64,000 nt of DNA from Octopus vulgaris (GCA_951406725.2 OX597824.1:31558001-31622000); one strand, 5' to 3'; shown: positions 42,983-56,848, numbered from the stretch's first letter. Made by a program: numbers and translations. Notes: generated by a model not told the origin, from the letters alone.

Positions 42983-43487
42983 GATTGGAAGTGTTATCAT
43001 GTACATTGTTTTGTCCTGGTATTAAAGATGGGCTACAGCAAATATTCTGCTCAATACCACAGATTTGCTTGTCAGTTGTTTGACCTTAACCAGTTGAGCA
43101 TGTCCCTTAGTGGCTGACGATATGTGCATCTCTGATCACGAGCAGAAGTAGTGGGGGAGCATCATAGCCATGTGTTGAGAGGGATTCTTTGGGGTTTGAA
43201 TAGTTCACCTCTGGAAACATGGATGGTTCTTTCAACATCCTTAAACAACCCTTATTCAGGGACCGTTTGAGCGGGATGGGCTACTCAACCTGAAGAAAAT
43301 TCTAACTGGGCCCCACCTGCAAGGTCATGTGCTGTTTATCTTGATATGAGATCACCATGTCGCGCACATATGGTTGTGATGCATGTGCCTGGTGTACCTT
43401 TATCAGACGGGTAGTCATGCTGGGTATACTGGGCTTCGTATATTTTACCCCAGTGTCACTTTGATGGCATGAACTGCTCTCTCACTC

Positions 43488-43488
<1 letters not shown>
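42983..43488 (+). mobile_element. Family D copy embedded in (AAT)n
   Basis: Reverse complement of 37714 and 41135; AAT arrays on both sides. Confidence 0.75.
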
Positions 43489-43541
<53 letters not shown>

Positions 43542-43729
43542 GACATATCCTTCCAGTGTCGATAAAAATGAAGTCCAAGTCGTGTAAACCCGCTAGGCCC
43601 AGGTGGCGGGGGCCCAGCATGGCAACAAAGCTAGTATTCGGTCGGTGGTGGACCACAGCGGCTGTGTGCTTTTAATTTCCAAATAGATGAGTTCCATTTT
43701 CCAGCACTTCACTGAATTGTTGTCGATGA

Positions 43730-46090
43730 ACAGAGAATAGAAGACAGCGGACAGATTTCCGTATGCCAGACTTGTTCGCTTCTGTCATCATCCCAAATGT
43801 CCAGATATTCCAGCAGGTGTATCAGCCTCAGTATGTGTATAATGCATTTCCTAATGCATCGCAAATTCTTCAACTCGAAGCATGAAGGCTGTGTTGTCAG
43901 AGATGTGCCACGTGCTCTAGGACATGAAGGATCAAAAGTTGTTAGACAGGCCCATGTAACGTTGCAGCAACATGACAACACGGTCACTACTTTGTCTTTG
44001 GTGGACCATAATCGCGTTGCCTAGTCCTAAGCAGATATGTTGTGGCTTTTGAGCGACACTTTGCTCGACTTTTCGAGCCGGATTACAGGTTGGACTCCAC
44101 TCTTTCTCTCGACGACCTAATGTGACTTATGACAGATGTGGCGGAGTGTTGCAAAAAGCCGATAGTAGCCCCAAAATACAATCCCTGGTTGCGCGGGGTA
44201 ATTCGCCCCGTTTTACGAGCGTTTGAAGGTAATACTTGACCAGCTTTACTTAATATACGCCAGACTTGTTCGAGGATCTCATATCTACCGCAACTGACAG
44301 CAGAACGAGAGAATTTCCAATTCTATGGGTTTAAGAATGGTTGCACTGCTAAGAAAGAAATTTCAGAAATAATTTTCGGTCCATAACTCTAGTAAACGTA
44401 GATTTCAAGATTTTGACCAAGGCATTAGCGGAGGTAGCGCTTGTCGTCGGTAGTCTGACTGGTGACGCGTAAACATGAGCCAGCGCAAGCAGATTTATCC
44501 ACGACAACTTTGTCACATTATAGAGATGGTGGAAAATGAAACTGGCATATATAGGGTCTTGGTCAGCTTAGATCAATCATAAACCTTCAACAAGCTTCTA
44601 TTTTCAGGGGTTGGATCGCTGTAATGTACAATATCTGCTCGGTTGTTAGAGTAACCGACAACCTATCGGAACCTTTCAGCATCATACACTCCATCCGTCA
44701 AGGTTGTCCTATCTCATCTCTTCTGTATGTACTGACAATTGGGCCACCTCTACGGAAACTAGAGACTGTGAGAGACCTCCAACACTGAGAAAGTGAAGGT
44801 TCTATGTCGATACATGTGAACGGTGCCACCGTCATGGTATCGGATGCCAAGCACATCGAGGTGACCTGCACCTCTCTAAGAGACTGCAAGCGTTGACAGG
44901 AGCCCAAATTAACCAGAAAATTTGATGAGCCGGAACTAGACTCCAGGAGAAAAAGTCATGCCGGCCAACAGCGTCAGTGTCCATTGTGAAGATCGTTCCA
45001 CCGCATTCCTTTGTCCGGAAATGACGGGAAGTCTTTATCTGCCTAGTGATCATCAGCTTTTTCAAGTTTGTAAAGGAATGTGAGGATGGAGAAGAAAGAG
45101 CTGCCTCTCAGAAAATTTGTTGAAAGGTGGATGGGAGTAGCTAGCATAAGGTCAGGGTGAATGGACCTTTTTTCAGCATGCACCAGGAGACTGAAAGAAG
45201 ACCTTTAAGAGAAGGCACTTTGCTGGGCGTGCTTCTACATAATTCTACACTGTATCGTCCACCCTGCATCGAACAGGGACCAGCCCTCCACGGATAATAA
45301 CAGAGGCCCGAGTGAGGAGAGAAGTAAGTTCCTCCTCTGTCACAAAGACACGACATGGTATCTAAACACATCATAACACGAGTTGGGGATTGCTCTGGAA
45401 GATATTTTAAATGAAATATTTTTCATTGGAAGTCGGACATATGAAACTATGTGTCATTTTTAAAACAGAGGAGGCAGAGATAACCGAAATCCAAACGAGA
45501 CGCGTGTCCTATAATCTGGCTCCGCAGTATTTGGGAAAGAAAACGCAAGGAACTACGATGATATCGACCGCTGGCTTGTAGTCACCATCATAGCACGATA
45601 TGAGAAGGTGGTAAGCATATATGTCCCATTTGGTGAGACGTGGTTGGGTGAGAGGATCACCATGAGCATAGATATCCTCACAACATCGTATGACCACAAA
45701 ACAATACTTGGATTGTGTTCTTTACAGGGTGTCGAGAGGAAGACCTTAAAGCTCACCAACTAAGGTAGACGACTAGATATGTGGAAACTGAGCCCAGCTA
45801 AAAGCTTTCTGCGCAGAAAATCCAGAAGTACAAATGCAGCAACAACAAATCATAGTTATGAGCCACATATCTAACTACTGGTCGTTTTCCTTAGTTGTTG
45901 AGTTTTAAGGTCCTTCTCTTGGTATGCTGTACATAACAAAAACCTTCGAGGTGGAACTAGTTCTCTTTCTGAATGTAATTAAATTCTCCGCAATTCGTTT
46001 TAACAAAGTTCTCATAAAACACTTATACACAAAGAATATCTAAAGTATTCTACGACTGGTTGGGGTAGACGATGGGCTAGCCGAGTACAG
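43730..46090 (+). mobile_element. Highly decayed L1/Tx1-like LINE ORF2
   Basis: LVNVDFKILTKALA and SIRQGCPISSLLYVL RT motifs; many stops. Confidence 0.7.
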
Positions 46091-46257
46091 ACCATTTCTG
46101 TTTCACCATGAGAGTAATAGATTAGAGACTCATCAAAGTGTCTAACAGAATGCTTTGTGGTTATTTCAGGTGTATTCGTTCATACATACATACATACATA
46201 TATGGCTAAGTTGGCAAAATGACCATTCCTAAATACAACAATATATACACACACACA

Positions 46258-46319
<62 letters not shown>

Positions 46320-46524
46320 GTTTTTTATAAATCTTTTAATGTATTTGTTGTATATGCATTTATGTTTATTATTTGGACGGAGGGACCGGTTAAATTGATT
46401 GGATCTGGTTTGGTCCAGATCTCCAGATGGAGAAGAACTGAGACTGGCTGACGAGCAGGGTGGCCACTCTGACTCAGAAATGGGCCGAGAAACAAACTAT
46501 CCCTGAAATGCCGGCAGAGGTGGC

Positions 46525-47440
46525 GAATGCATATATTGCCTCCATCATTCCAAAATTCACTTGTCCGTGACGAAAAATACTCCTCCCGTACAGTTCTGAC
46601 CTCGTCTACAGAATTCATATTTTTCAGTTCAAATGATTTGGAAGACTGCTGAATAAATGATAATCAGATGGGGAAATGTCCGGTGAATATGGTGGTTGGG
46701 GCATCGTTTTCCATTCAAACTGCTCCAGTTTTTGCTGTATGTGGCCGAGCATTATCCTCGCTGTATGTGGCCTAGCATTATCCTGATGGAAGAATACCTT
46801 TCATCTTGAAACCAAAAATGTTCGTTTTTCTTCTAGCGTTGACTGAAGCCGCTCAAGATCTCGCAGTAGATCTCCTTTGTTATCGTTAAGTTTGGGTTTA
46901 AAATTTCAAAGTGGACTAAATCTTTCATATCCCACCAAGTAGACAACACCTTACGTGGGTGAAGACCTTCTTTAGCCTGGGGTGCCAGTATTTGTCCTTT
47001 CCCTACCCACTGTCTTCGGCGCTTGAGATTTTTATAGAGAACCCATTTCTCGTAACCAGTCACTATTCGGTTCATGCGTGAGACATGACAGCAAGGAAGA
47101 GCACACGTTCACTCTCTGCGCGCGATTAGATTCGGAAAGTTTGTGAGGAACCCATCGACCCAATTTGCTGACTTCCTGATGGAACGCAGGTGCCGATGTA
47201 TGGTTGAATGACCAAATCCAAACTTCTCTGCTAGTTCCCCAACAGTTACGATGGGGATTTTATTCCACCAGGGTTTGCAGGACGTCCTCGTCGAGCTCTA
47301 TAGATCTTCCAGGACGAGGCTCGTCTTTTAGGTTGTAGTTTCTGGCTCGAAATGTCTGGAATCACCACTAACACTGGCTTACGCTTACTGTCCCATCCCC
47401 ATATACTGCATTAATATTCCTTTTATATATGCATTAATAT
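46525..47440 (-). mobile_element. mariner transposase pseudogene (partial)
   Basis: WVPHKL, RIVTGYEKWVLYKN, LHPRKVLSTWWD and YSPDISPSDYHLF-like motifs; same family as 58108. Confidence 0.88.
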
Positions 47441-47487
47441 GCTGCATTAATATTCTTTTATATATGTATATATATACATATATATGT

Positions 47488-47645
47488 ATGTGGCTGTGTG
47501 GTAAGTAGCTTGCTAACCAACCACATGGTTCCGGGTTCAGTCCCACTGCGTGGCATCTTGGGCAAGTGTCTTCTGCTATAGCTCCGGGCCGACCAATGCC
47601 TTGTGAGTGGATTTGGTGTACAGAAACTGAAAGAAGCCTGTCGTA

Positions 47646-47734
<89 letters not shown>

Positions 47735-47939
47735 ATATATGTATGTGCGTGTGTGTTTGTGTGTCTGTGTTTGTCCCTCTAGCATTGCTTGCTGGTGTGT
47801 TTACGTCCCCATCACTTAGCGGTTCGGCAAGAGAGACCGATAGAATAAGTACTGGGCTTACAAAGAACAAGTCCCGGGGTCGATTTGCTCGACTAAAGGC
47901 GGTGCTCCAATATGGCCGCAGTCAAATGACTGAAACAAG

Positions 47940-47942
<3 letters not shown>
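47488..47942 (+). mobile_element. SINE family 1 copy
   Basis: Close to 5154-5552. Confidence 0.85.
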
Positions 47943-48005
<63 letters not shown>

Positions 48006-48038
48006 TACATACATACATACAGACAGACATACATATAT

Positions 48039-48091
<53 letters not shown>

Positions 48092-48183
48092 CAACAATTG
48101 AGGGTAAAATTAATTAATTATTAATCAATTTCACCAAGTGTTCAGTATGCAAAGGGACCATTTAAGGCGAATTCAAATTATTA

Positions 48184-48497
48184 CATTATATAAAAAAGGG
48201 CTAAAAGCTTAGTAAAATAAATTACTTTGCCGCATACTGAACTCATTAGAAATAGCAGCTAAAAAACTTTTTTAAAACTATTTCTAATACTTAAAGAAAA
48301 CCTCTCTCATATAGTGTTTGCATTTGATTTTTTGATGTCTTTACCCCCATACTTTCGTGAGTTGAATTGAGCAAACACTATATGAGAGAGGTTTTCTTTA
48401 AGTATTAGAAATAGTTTTAAAAAAGTTTTTTAGCTGCTATTTCTAATGAGTTCAGTATGCGGCAAAGTAATTTATTTTACTAAGCCCTTTTATATAA

Positions 48498-48499
<2 letters not shown>
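48184..48499. repeat. Near-perfect inverted repeat (~130-bp arms, ~49-nt spacer) within a TA-flanked insert
   Basis: 48184-48321 is the reverse complement of 48371-48499, apart from a small indel. Confidence 0.9.
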
Positions 48500-48569
<70 letters not shown>

Positions 48570-48579
<10 letters not shown>

Positions 48580-48762
48580 ATATTAAATTTGAGATAAAAC
48601 CACTATTAGGCAAATCAAATAGTGAAAATCATAAACCAATACATCACTATTTGAATTACCTAATAGTGGTTTTATCTCTAATTTAATATAATATATATAT
48701 TTATACTATAAAATTAGATTTAATCCTAAATCTAATTTTTCCCTGTAAGTTTGGATTTACTC

Positions 48763-48768
<6 letters not shown>
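48570..48768 (+). mobile_element. Short fold-back terminal fragment in (TA)n
   Basis: gagataaaaccactattagg / cctaatagtggttttatctc inverted; tail shared with 30471-30572. Confidence 0.65.
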
Positions 48769-48810
<42 letters not shown>

Positions 48811-48879
48811 TATATGTATATATATATAACATACGGAATGCGTTGCGTTACATAAATATTTCAAGGAATTTTTTAAAAA

Positions 48880-49994
<1,115 letters not shown>

Positions 49995-50413
49995 ACATTG
50001 TGGACCGCGAAGCAGATGAAGCTATAAATAAAAACGCGTAAATATTGGTTTAAATATTGGATAGAAAAAGCCGGAGGCTGTCTGTAGGACTCAGAACCAC
50101 ACCTTCATCATTCCAAAGAGAAGTTTTTCATGTACTCTCGACAGCATTTAACTGTCGCTGGTATGAATATTATTTCTATAATGGATAACATAATTCGAAG
50201 TATTTCTCTGTTCCCATGGTAGAATGCCTGTCGTGTTTACATGAAATGCGGAGGTTCAATTCCCACGGGCGGGATTCCTCCTTTTCTATCCAAGGGTTTT
50301 TTAGCCTAATATTTGCACCCAATTATTTATGGCCTTGTCTGCCTCGAAATCCACCATTCCAAAATATGCTCTTTTGAGCTTTCTCGAAGTTTAAAAATTC
50401 TCATGACGTCAAC

Positions 50414-50445
<32 letters not shown>

Positions 50446-50449
<4 letters not shown>

Positions 50450-50637
50450 ATCCAAACATGAAAACACAAAGAGAAAACACAACAACGCGAGGACGTGGAA
50501 CAAGTATAGTGTTATTGGACGCTCAGGAAAGGAAAGAAAGAAGCGGGATTTAACGTTTCGAGCAGAGCTCTTCGTCAGAAACATAGGAAAAGGAAAGATC
50601 CAAAGAAGTGAAGACGGAGGAAAAAAATCGCCAACTC
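50446..50637 (-). mobile_element. ~200-bp HHR-bearing element adjoining (TA)n
   Basis: Minus 50582-50548: gttt-CTGACGA-agagctctgctc-GAAA-cg-TT|aaat. Confidence 0.72.
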
Positions 50638-50934
50638 CTTTATGTACACTGTTTTGTTCTATATTATTATGTTTGACCCTAAAGTTTCTTATGTGGTGGT
50701 TTAATAAAGTATGTGATTGGGTATTATCTGGTAATTGATATTTGATTTGGATGTATTTCTCCATTTTCTTATTTTGTATTATGAATTTGTGGTAAAACAC
50801 TTTACCTTTGCCCATATAATACAGTAAATGAATTAATTGCATCGCAATTCTTAACATTTATGTATTAACTTTGTTGGGTACTTCACTAGCAGTATATCAC
50901 TAGCTTTTGATGAAAGTAGATACTATGACTACGC

Positions 50935-52063
50935 AGACTTATTGAAGAATCAAAAGCATTTAATCGCGATCTTGCAATGGTATTTGTAGACTTTTCAAAA
51001 GCGTTCGATTCTGTAGATAGGTACAAGATGTTTGAAATCCTTAAGCTCTATGGGATACCAGACGAAATCATTTCCGCCATCAATGTCCTCTACACAGATA
51101 CGTCTTCAACCATCTTAACCCCTGACGGAGAAACATCATCTTTCTCAATCAAAGCCGGAATACTGCATGGAGACACACTCGCCCCATTTCTTTTCATCAT
51201 TGTGCTACGTATGTCAGTTGATACCATCTCTGGCAAGGGCTTTGAAATAAAACCAAGAAGAAGTTCCAGACACCCAGCTGAGTACTTGACAGACACTGAC
51301 TTTGCTGACGACATCGCTCTTATCAGTGATTCTCTCTCCAATGCCCAGTCTCTTTTACAATCTCTTGAACAAGCCTCAAATTGTGTAAGTCTTTACCTCA
51401 ATGAGGCCAAAACTGAATACATAAACAAGTGCCTGTCCAACAGTGATTGCATCATCCATACTCTCAACAACGCGCCCTTAAATATGGTTTCTGATTATAA
51501 ATATCTTGGGTCATACATATCATCATCTGGAAAAGACTTTCTAACTACAAAGGGTATGGCCTGGTCAGCCTGTAATGACATGCATAAGATCTGGTCATCA
51601 AATCTAAGTAGAGACTTCAAACTTGAAATATTCAAAGCCACAGTCGAACCAATTCTACTATATGGCTCAGAAACCTGGACGTTATCAAAGAAGCTTGAGA
51701 GGCGGTTGGATGGAACCTACACTCGCCTCCTTATGAGAGCTCAAAATCTCTCGTGGAAGCGCCATCCAACCAAAATGCAAATATATGGGAAACTACCACC
51801 TGTGTCATCTCTTGTGAAAGGTAGGAGAGTCCAGTTTGCTGGACATTGTTGTAGAGCTGAAAAGAAGTAATTTCTACTCTTCTCCTCTGGAAGCCATCTA
51901 CTCGCAATACCAGAGGGTGCACACTCTCCTACCCCGATGTAATCTCCAGGGATACAGGCATCCAGCAACAGGACCTCCGTAATGCAATGATGGACCGTGA
52001 AGTCTGGCGTAGCATGGTAAATTCCATTGTCTCGACCACGGTCGAACAATGATGATGATGATG
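50935..52063 (+). mobile_element. 5'-truncated RTE-clade LINE (RT domain, ORF 50977-51870)
   Basis: FVDFSKAFDSV, GDTLAPFLF, DFADD, YKYLGS, LLYGSETW, FAGHC; frameshift near 51865; (TGA)n tail. Confidence 0.93.
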
Positions 52064-52124
52064 AGCAGTATATTGGATATATGTTATCCCATGGAGGGTT
52101 GCATTTACAACCCCTATCTCAATT

Positions 52125-52192
<68 letters not shown>

Positions 52193-52410
52193 TGAGAGAG
52201 TTGGTATATGAAAACCCGTTGTTGGATGTATAAAAGGCAAAATAGAGTGAAAAAGCTACAGAAGACTTGTGTTATATGGTTAAAGAATATATTTATATCG
52301 TAATGTTAGGAAAATGTTACAAAATTTTGTGTAAATTAACATTGATTTTGGAGAAATAACCGGTTTCGTATTTTCTTTTCAAATCTGTAGTTATTTTCAT
52401 TCTATTTTGT

Positions 52411-52483
<73 letters not shown>

Positions 52484-52532
52484 AAACAAGTCAAAAATAG
52501 AAAATGCTAAAATAATTTTATAGTGAACATGT

Positions 52533-52569
52533 CAGTACCGGTTTCGTCATTTTAAGACCTTTTCAACTG
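52533..52569 (-). ncRNA. Hammerhead-like motif, U3-A8 core (left arm)
   Basis: cag-TTGAAAA-ggtcttaaaatgac-GAAA-ccgg-TA|ctg. Confidence 0.55.
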
Positions 52570-52798
52570 TAACGATTAAATAATTAAATTTAGAAAAATT
52601 AGAAGAAAAGTTTTTTTAAAGGAATATTTCTATAGTAGTGTTCAGATATAAGTAGCATTCTGCCTTTCTCTGACTCCCAGTGCAAACAAGGGAGTCAGAG
52701 AAAGGCAGAATGCTACTTATATCTGAACACTACTACAGAAATATTCTTTTAAAAAAACTTTTCTTCTAATTTTTCTAAATTTAATTATTTAATCGTTA

Positions 52799-52837
52799 CA
52801 GTTGAAAAAGGTCTCAAAATGACCGAAACCGGTACTG
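52799..52837 (+). ncRNA. Hammerhead-like motif, U3-A8 core (right arm)
   Basis: cag-TTGAAAA-a-ggtc-tcaaaat-gacc-GAAA-ccgg-TA|ctg. Confidence 0.65.
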
Positions 52838-52887
52838 AAAGATTCACTATAAAATTATCTTAGCATTTTCTATTTTTGACTTGTTTT

Positions 52888-54312
52888 TTCCTGTCCCATC
52901 TTCCCAAAACAACAGAAACAAATTCAGTTTTACTAAGTTTTGATGTGGTAAGCCTCTACACCAATATTCCACACGATTTAGGAATAAAGGCGATTAAATA
53001 CTGGTTAGAAAAACATAGAGAAGTGATTCCCAGCAGATTCACAGTGCCATTTATATTAGACACAGTCAAACTTATTCTAGAAAATAACACATTCTTCTTC
53101 AATGGAAAGAATTACATCCAAATTAGAGGCACGGCGATGGGAACGAGGTTTGCTCCCGTTTACGCCAACTCTGTAATGGGATACTTAGAAGAACAACTCT
53201 ACCAAGAGGTGGAGGTAAACTATGGCACTGGATTTAGAAAGTATATTGAAAAGGCATGGAAGAGATACCTAGACGACTGTTTCATAATCTGGACAGAATC
53301 TCTAAATACTCTGGAAGAGTTCAATATCCTCCTGAACAACCTACACCCATCTCTCAAATTTACAAAGGAGATGAGTAGTACCAAATTACCATTCCTGGAT
53401 ATAATGGTAATTAAAAAAGACACCACCATCACCACAGATATATACTATAAACACACAGACACACATCAATACCTAAATTTTAAGTCGTGCCATCCACCAC
53501 ATACAAAACGTAACATCCCATACTGCCTAGCCAGAAGAATTTGTACTATTGTAGAAGATGCAAATATCAGGAACAAACGCCTAATAGAACTAAGAGAATT
53601 TTTGCTCAAACAAAAATACCCATCTCTACTTATAGAAAATGGCATACAGCGGGCTATAAAAATACCTATACAACAACTTAGGACAACCCAAGGAAGAGGA
53701 AAACAAGAACAAGTCATACCATTCATAGTGACACACAACCCATGTCACCAGAATATCTTCAACATTGCCAAAGCAAACCTACCAATCATTGCCCAAAGTA
53801 ATGAATTAAAAGACATAATCAAGGATCGAGCTATGGTGCTTAGTAAAAGACAGCCTAAAAACTTGAAAACATTACTAACAAAGGCAAAATTTGACCTCAG
53901 CAACAAAGACCAAACATTCACGGTATCTAAATGCAATGATAGCCGATGTGGCACATGCCAATTCATACATACCGGTCAATATATAAACACAAAAACCGGG
54001 AAAATATTCACAAACGCGAATATGAACTGCAAAAGCAGAAATTTAATTTACTGCATCAAATGCCCAAATTGTGAAGAAATATATGTAGGTCAGACGGGAA
54101 ACGCACTATTAGAACGCTCACGTGTACACCGGCAACAGATTAGAAACCCAGAGGTCCGTCAGATACCTTTGAGTAACCACCTAGCAACATGTGGTCGGAA
54201 AATATATATAATATTTCCATTCTACAAATTACACAGCCCAAGTGAAATCGAGAGGAAAATCAGAGAAAAGAATTTTATTGATAAATTCGAACCCAAGCTA
54301 AATAAGCAATAA
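52888..54312 (+). CDS. Penelope-like element ORF (5'-truncated): reverse transcriptase + Zn linker + GIY-YIG endonuclease, uninterrupted frame
   Basis: SFDVVSLYTNI, QIRGTAMGT, RYLDD, LPFLD, YYKHTDTH, CNDSRCGTC, NLIYCIKCPNC..YVGQT, RVH; stop TAA at 54310-54312. Confidence 0.93.
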   Translation, partial: FLSHLPKTTETNSVLLSFDVVSLYTNIPHDLGIKAIKYWLEKHREVIPSRFTVPFILDTVKLILENNTFFFNGKNYIQIRGTAMGTRFAPVYANSVMGYLEEQLYQEVEVNYGTGFRKYIEKAWKRYLDDCFIIWTESLNTLEEFNILLNNLHPSLKFTKEMSSTKLPFLDIMVIKKDTTITTDIYYKHTDTHQYLNFKSCHPPHTKRNIPYCLARRICTIVEDANIRNKRLIELREFLLKQKYPSLLIENGIQRAIKIPIQQLRTTQGRGKQEQVIPFIVTHNPCHQNIFNIAKANLPIIAQSNELKDIIKDRAMVLSKRQPKNLKTLLTKAKFDLSNKDQTFTVSKCNDSRCGTCQFIHTGQYINTKTGKIFTNANMNCKSRNLIYCIKCPNCEEIYVGQTGNALLERSRVHRQQIRNPEVRQIPLSNHLATCGRKIYIIFPFYKLHSPSEIERKIREKNFIDKFEPKLNKQ

Positions 54313-54980
54313 TAATAATACTTAGAGGTATTACTTCCACTGCTACGACCATGACCACTAACAACAACAACAATACTAAAGGTGATCAAGACGAAGATAG
54401 CAGGAAAATTATCTTATTTAGGGTTAAAAGTTCTATTGCCACCACCATCACCACCAGCAACAATAATTAAGGTGCTGACAATGATGATGATGACAATTGA
54501 AATATAAAAATATAAAAATCTCTGACAAAGGATATTTACAACATTTCTAAAAATAACCCAACAATTGCTGCTTCGGCCAGGGTCAAGATACAGGACTCTT
54601 GACCTGTCCAACAAAGCGTGATGCCTAAACCAATCAGCTCAACCAACCAATCAGCTTAAGTAATTGAGTGATACTACACACTGATTGGTCAGAATACAGT
54701 TTGCAAAACCTAGCACTCTGGAGCCTACCCAGCTGTATTTATAGCACAGAATCACTCATCTTGCTACAGTCAAAAATTGTGAAGCATGACTGTCAACACT
54801 ACTACATGAACCCGAAGATTGCAGAATTCAATGCATGAAAGTACTAGTTCAATCAGAATGAATATTTAACATTCTACTATTTCATTTTATTTTATTCAAT
54901 TATAATATATTATCTTATAATATATCATTATAAGATTGTAAATAAAACGTGAAAATCAGACAAGGTTGGAATTCTTTTTA

Positions 54981-54982
<2 letters not shown>
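54313..54982 (+). mobile_element. Penelope 3' UTR / pseudo-LTR ending at (TA)n
   Basis: CCAAT boxes, TATA-like motif, HHR and AATAAA (~54942) in order, then a TA tract. Confidence 0.75.
54807..54851 (+). ncRNA. Minimal type I hammerhead ribozyme (CCGAAGA core variant)
   Basis: tgaac-CCGAAGA-ttgca-gaattcaa-tgcat-GAAA-gtac-TA|gttca; perfect 5-bp stem I and palindromic stem III. Confidence 0.75.
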
Positions 54983-55040
<58 letters not shown>

Positions 55041-55351
55041 AAGAGCAATAGCATACCACTAACAAGCATATCCGGGCAGTTTCCTCTCTTGCAAAACTCA
55101 TGACAATTTTCTCCGTTTTGCATATTGTCCTCTTTATTTTCCCTCCTCAAAACTTTTTCCTTCGTTTCCCCCTCAATCATTTTTAGTCTTGTCTTTCTCG
55201 GTCTTCTGTTACCGCTACTTCATTCCACATTCTTTTCCATCCTTCCTCAGTACATGACCGATCACAAGCTCTATTCTCATTATTCATTGTTTACTTTACT
55301 CCCTTCCCCCCTCTCTCTCTCACTCTCCTCTCTCTCTCCTTCATCTCTCTC

Positions 55352-55426
<75 letters not shown>

Positions 55427-55779
55427 AATACGTTGCTCATCCACCAAACCATTCTCATTTCTATTCTTTCCTGTCTTCTTTACTGTTTCATATTCATTGC
55501 CCATATATCTCCCCCGTAAATCATATCACTATTCACTCCTCACAAAGGTGGTATGCACCTTTTTCCTTCAGTTTCAATAACATTCCTATCCTTATTAGCC
55601 TTCAACTCAACTCCAGGAACTTCATTCATAAGCATCATGGTGCTGCTTTTTTCCCCCCAGACGGTGCCCAACTGACTCTGCTATACTGTGTAGGCGACAA
55701 AATCAAAAACAAACAATGCGCATGCACGGAATTAAAAATATAAAATGGTGACACTTTACCTATCACACACCCTGTATAT

Positions 55780-56440
55780 ATATAAATACCCTCCACGGAG
55801 TGAAAACGTTTGAGAAGGCCAGGATAACATATGCAAGACCAGTGACCAGTGGTTTCGCATCCACAAAGGCCTTAGCCTCGAAGACGTCTCGTCAGACTCT
55901 AAAGCCGACGACAAATGTAATTCTTGAAAATACATCGGGTCAGTAAGGACAAAGGCGATTCGTCACATCACTGGCCAGCCACGTGTGGTACCTTAAAAAT
56001 GAAGGGATCCCATGCGATATCAAGTGGAGGATATTAGAACAGCCTCGGATCCTACATTAATGGGAGCGAACGCTGCAGGCTTTGCATAGCCAAGCGAACA
56101 AGGATACTCAAGGACTCTCTGAAACCTGGATCACTGAACACTCGCCTGGAAATTTACAGTCCTTGTATCCATTTGAAGTTCTACGTGCTGCAAGCATGGT
56201 ATTCCTCGTTCTTCGATTTAGCCCAGAAGGGTCCTTACGATCAATAAGCCGCCCAAGGAATAAATGGCTTGTTCCGCCTCCTTTGGCCCACAAAAACTGG
56301 TCTAAGGGAGATAACCCGTCCTCACTGACCCCGGATTATTTATTTTTTGGTGACAACTGACCAAATGACCGTAACGGATTCCTGCCTCCCAGAGAGGGAG
56401 AGTTTCATTTGTCTTCGGCTTTAGAGTCTGATGAGACGTC
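55780..56440 (+). mobile_element. Penelope-like 3' fragment preceded by an inverted terminal copy
   Basis: HVWYLKNEGIPCDIKWRIL..YING..CRLCI remnant; 55884-55918 is an inverted copy of 56406-56440. Confidence 0.7.
55841..55898 (-). ncRNA. Type I hammerhead ribozyme
   Basis: Minus: agt-CTGACGA-gacgtc...gatgc-GAAA-ccactgg-TC|act. Confidence 0.65.
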
Positions 56441-56639
56441 AGGAAAAATTTAATTCCATATATAGATTAGTATACGAAAAATATAATTAGACGCCATCAA
56501 AACATTTGTGTCATAATCGTCGTTACCTCATGATGTTTGCAACAACTGTCGCATTTGAATTGATTTGAAAAAAATGCCTAGACAATAGCCACGATAGTAG
56601 AGCATCTTTAGATCTAAAGTGATTGAAATATTTGCTTTA

Positions 56640-56848
56640 AATTTTGGCACAAGGCCAACAGGTTTGGGGAAGGGGTTAAGTCGATTACATCGACTCCAGT
56701 GTTCAACTGGTATTCATTTTATCGACTCTGAAAGAATGAAAGACAAAGTGAACATCTGCGGAATATGAACTCTGAATGTTAAGACAGATGAAATGCCGCT
56801 AAGCATTTTATCAGACATGGTAACGATTCTGCCATTTCGCTATCTTCA
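56640..56848 (-). mobile_element. SINE family 2 copy (diverged)
   Basis: Reverse-complement homology to 38297. Confidence 0.7.

Larger units (their letters stand above)
52480..52890. repeat. ~200-bp-arm palindrome (11-nt loop at 52679-52689) fused to the 5' end of the Penelope ORF
   Basis: 52480-52678 is the reverse complement of 52690-52890, with a few mismatches. Confidence 0.92.

Noticed and set aside
52876-52887. Predicted start of the 478-aa ORF
   Set aside because: TTG start lies in the palindrome arm; the ORF is a 5'-truncated PLE frame without its native start.
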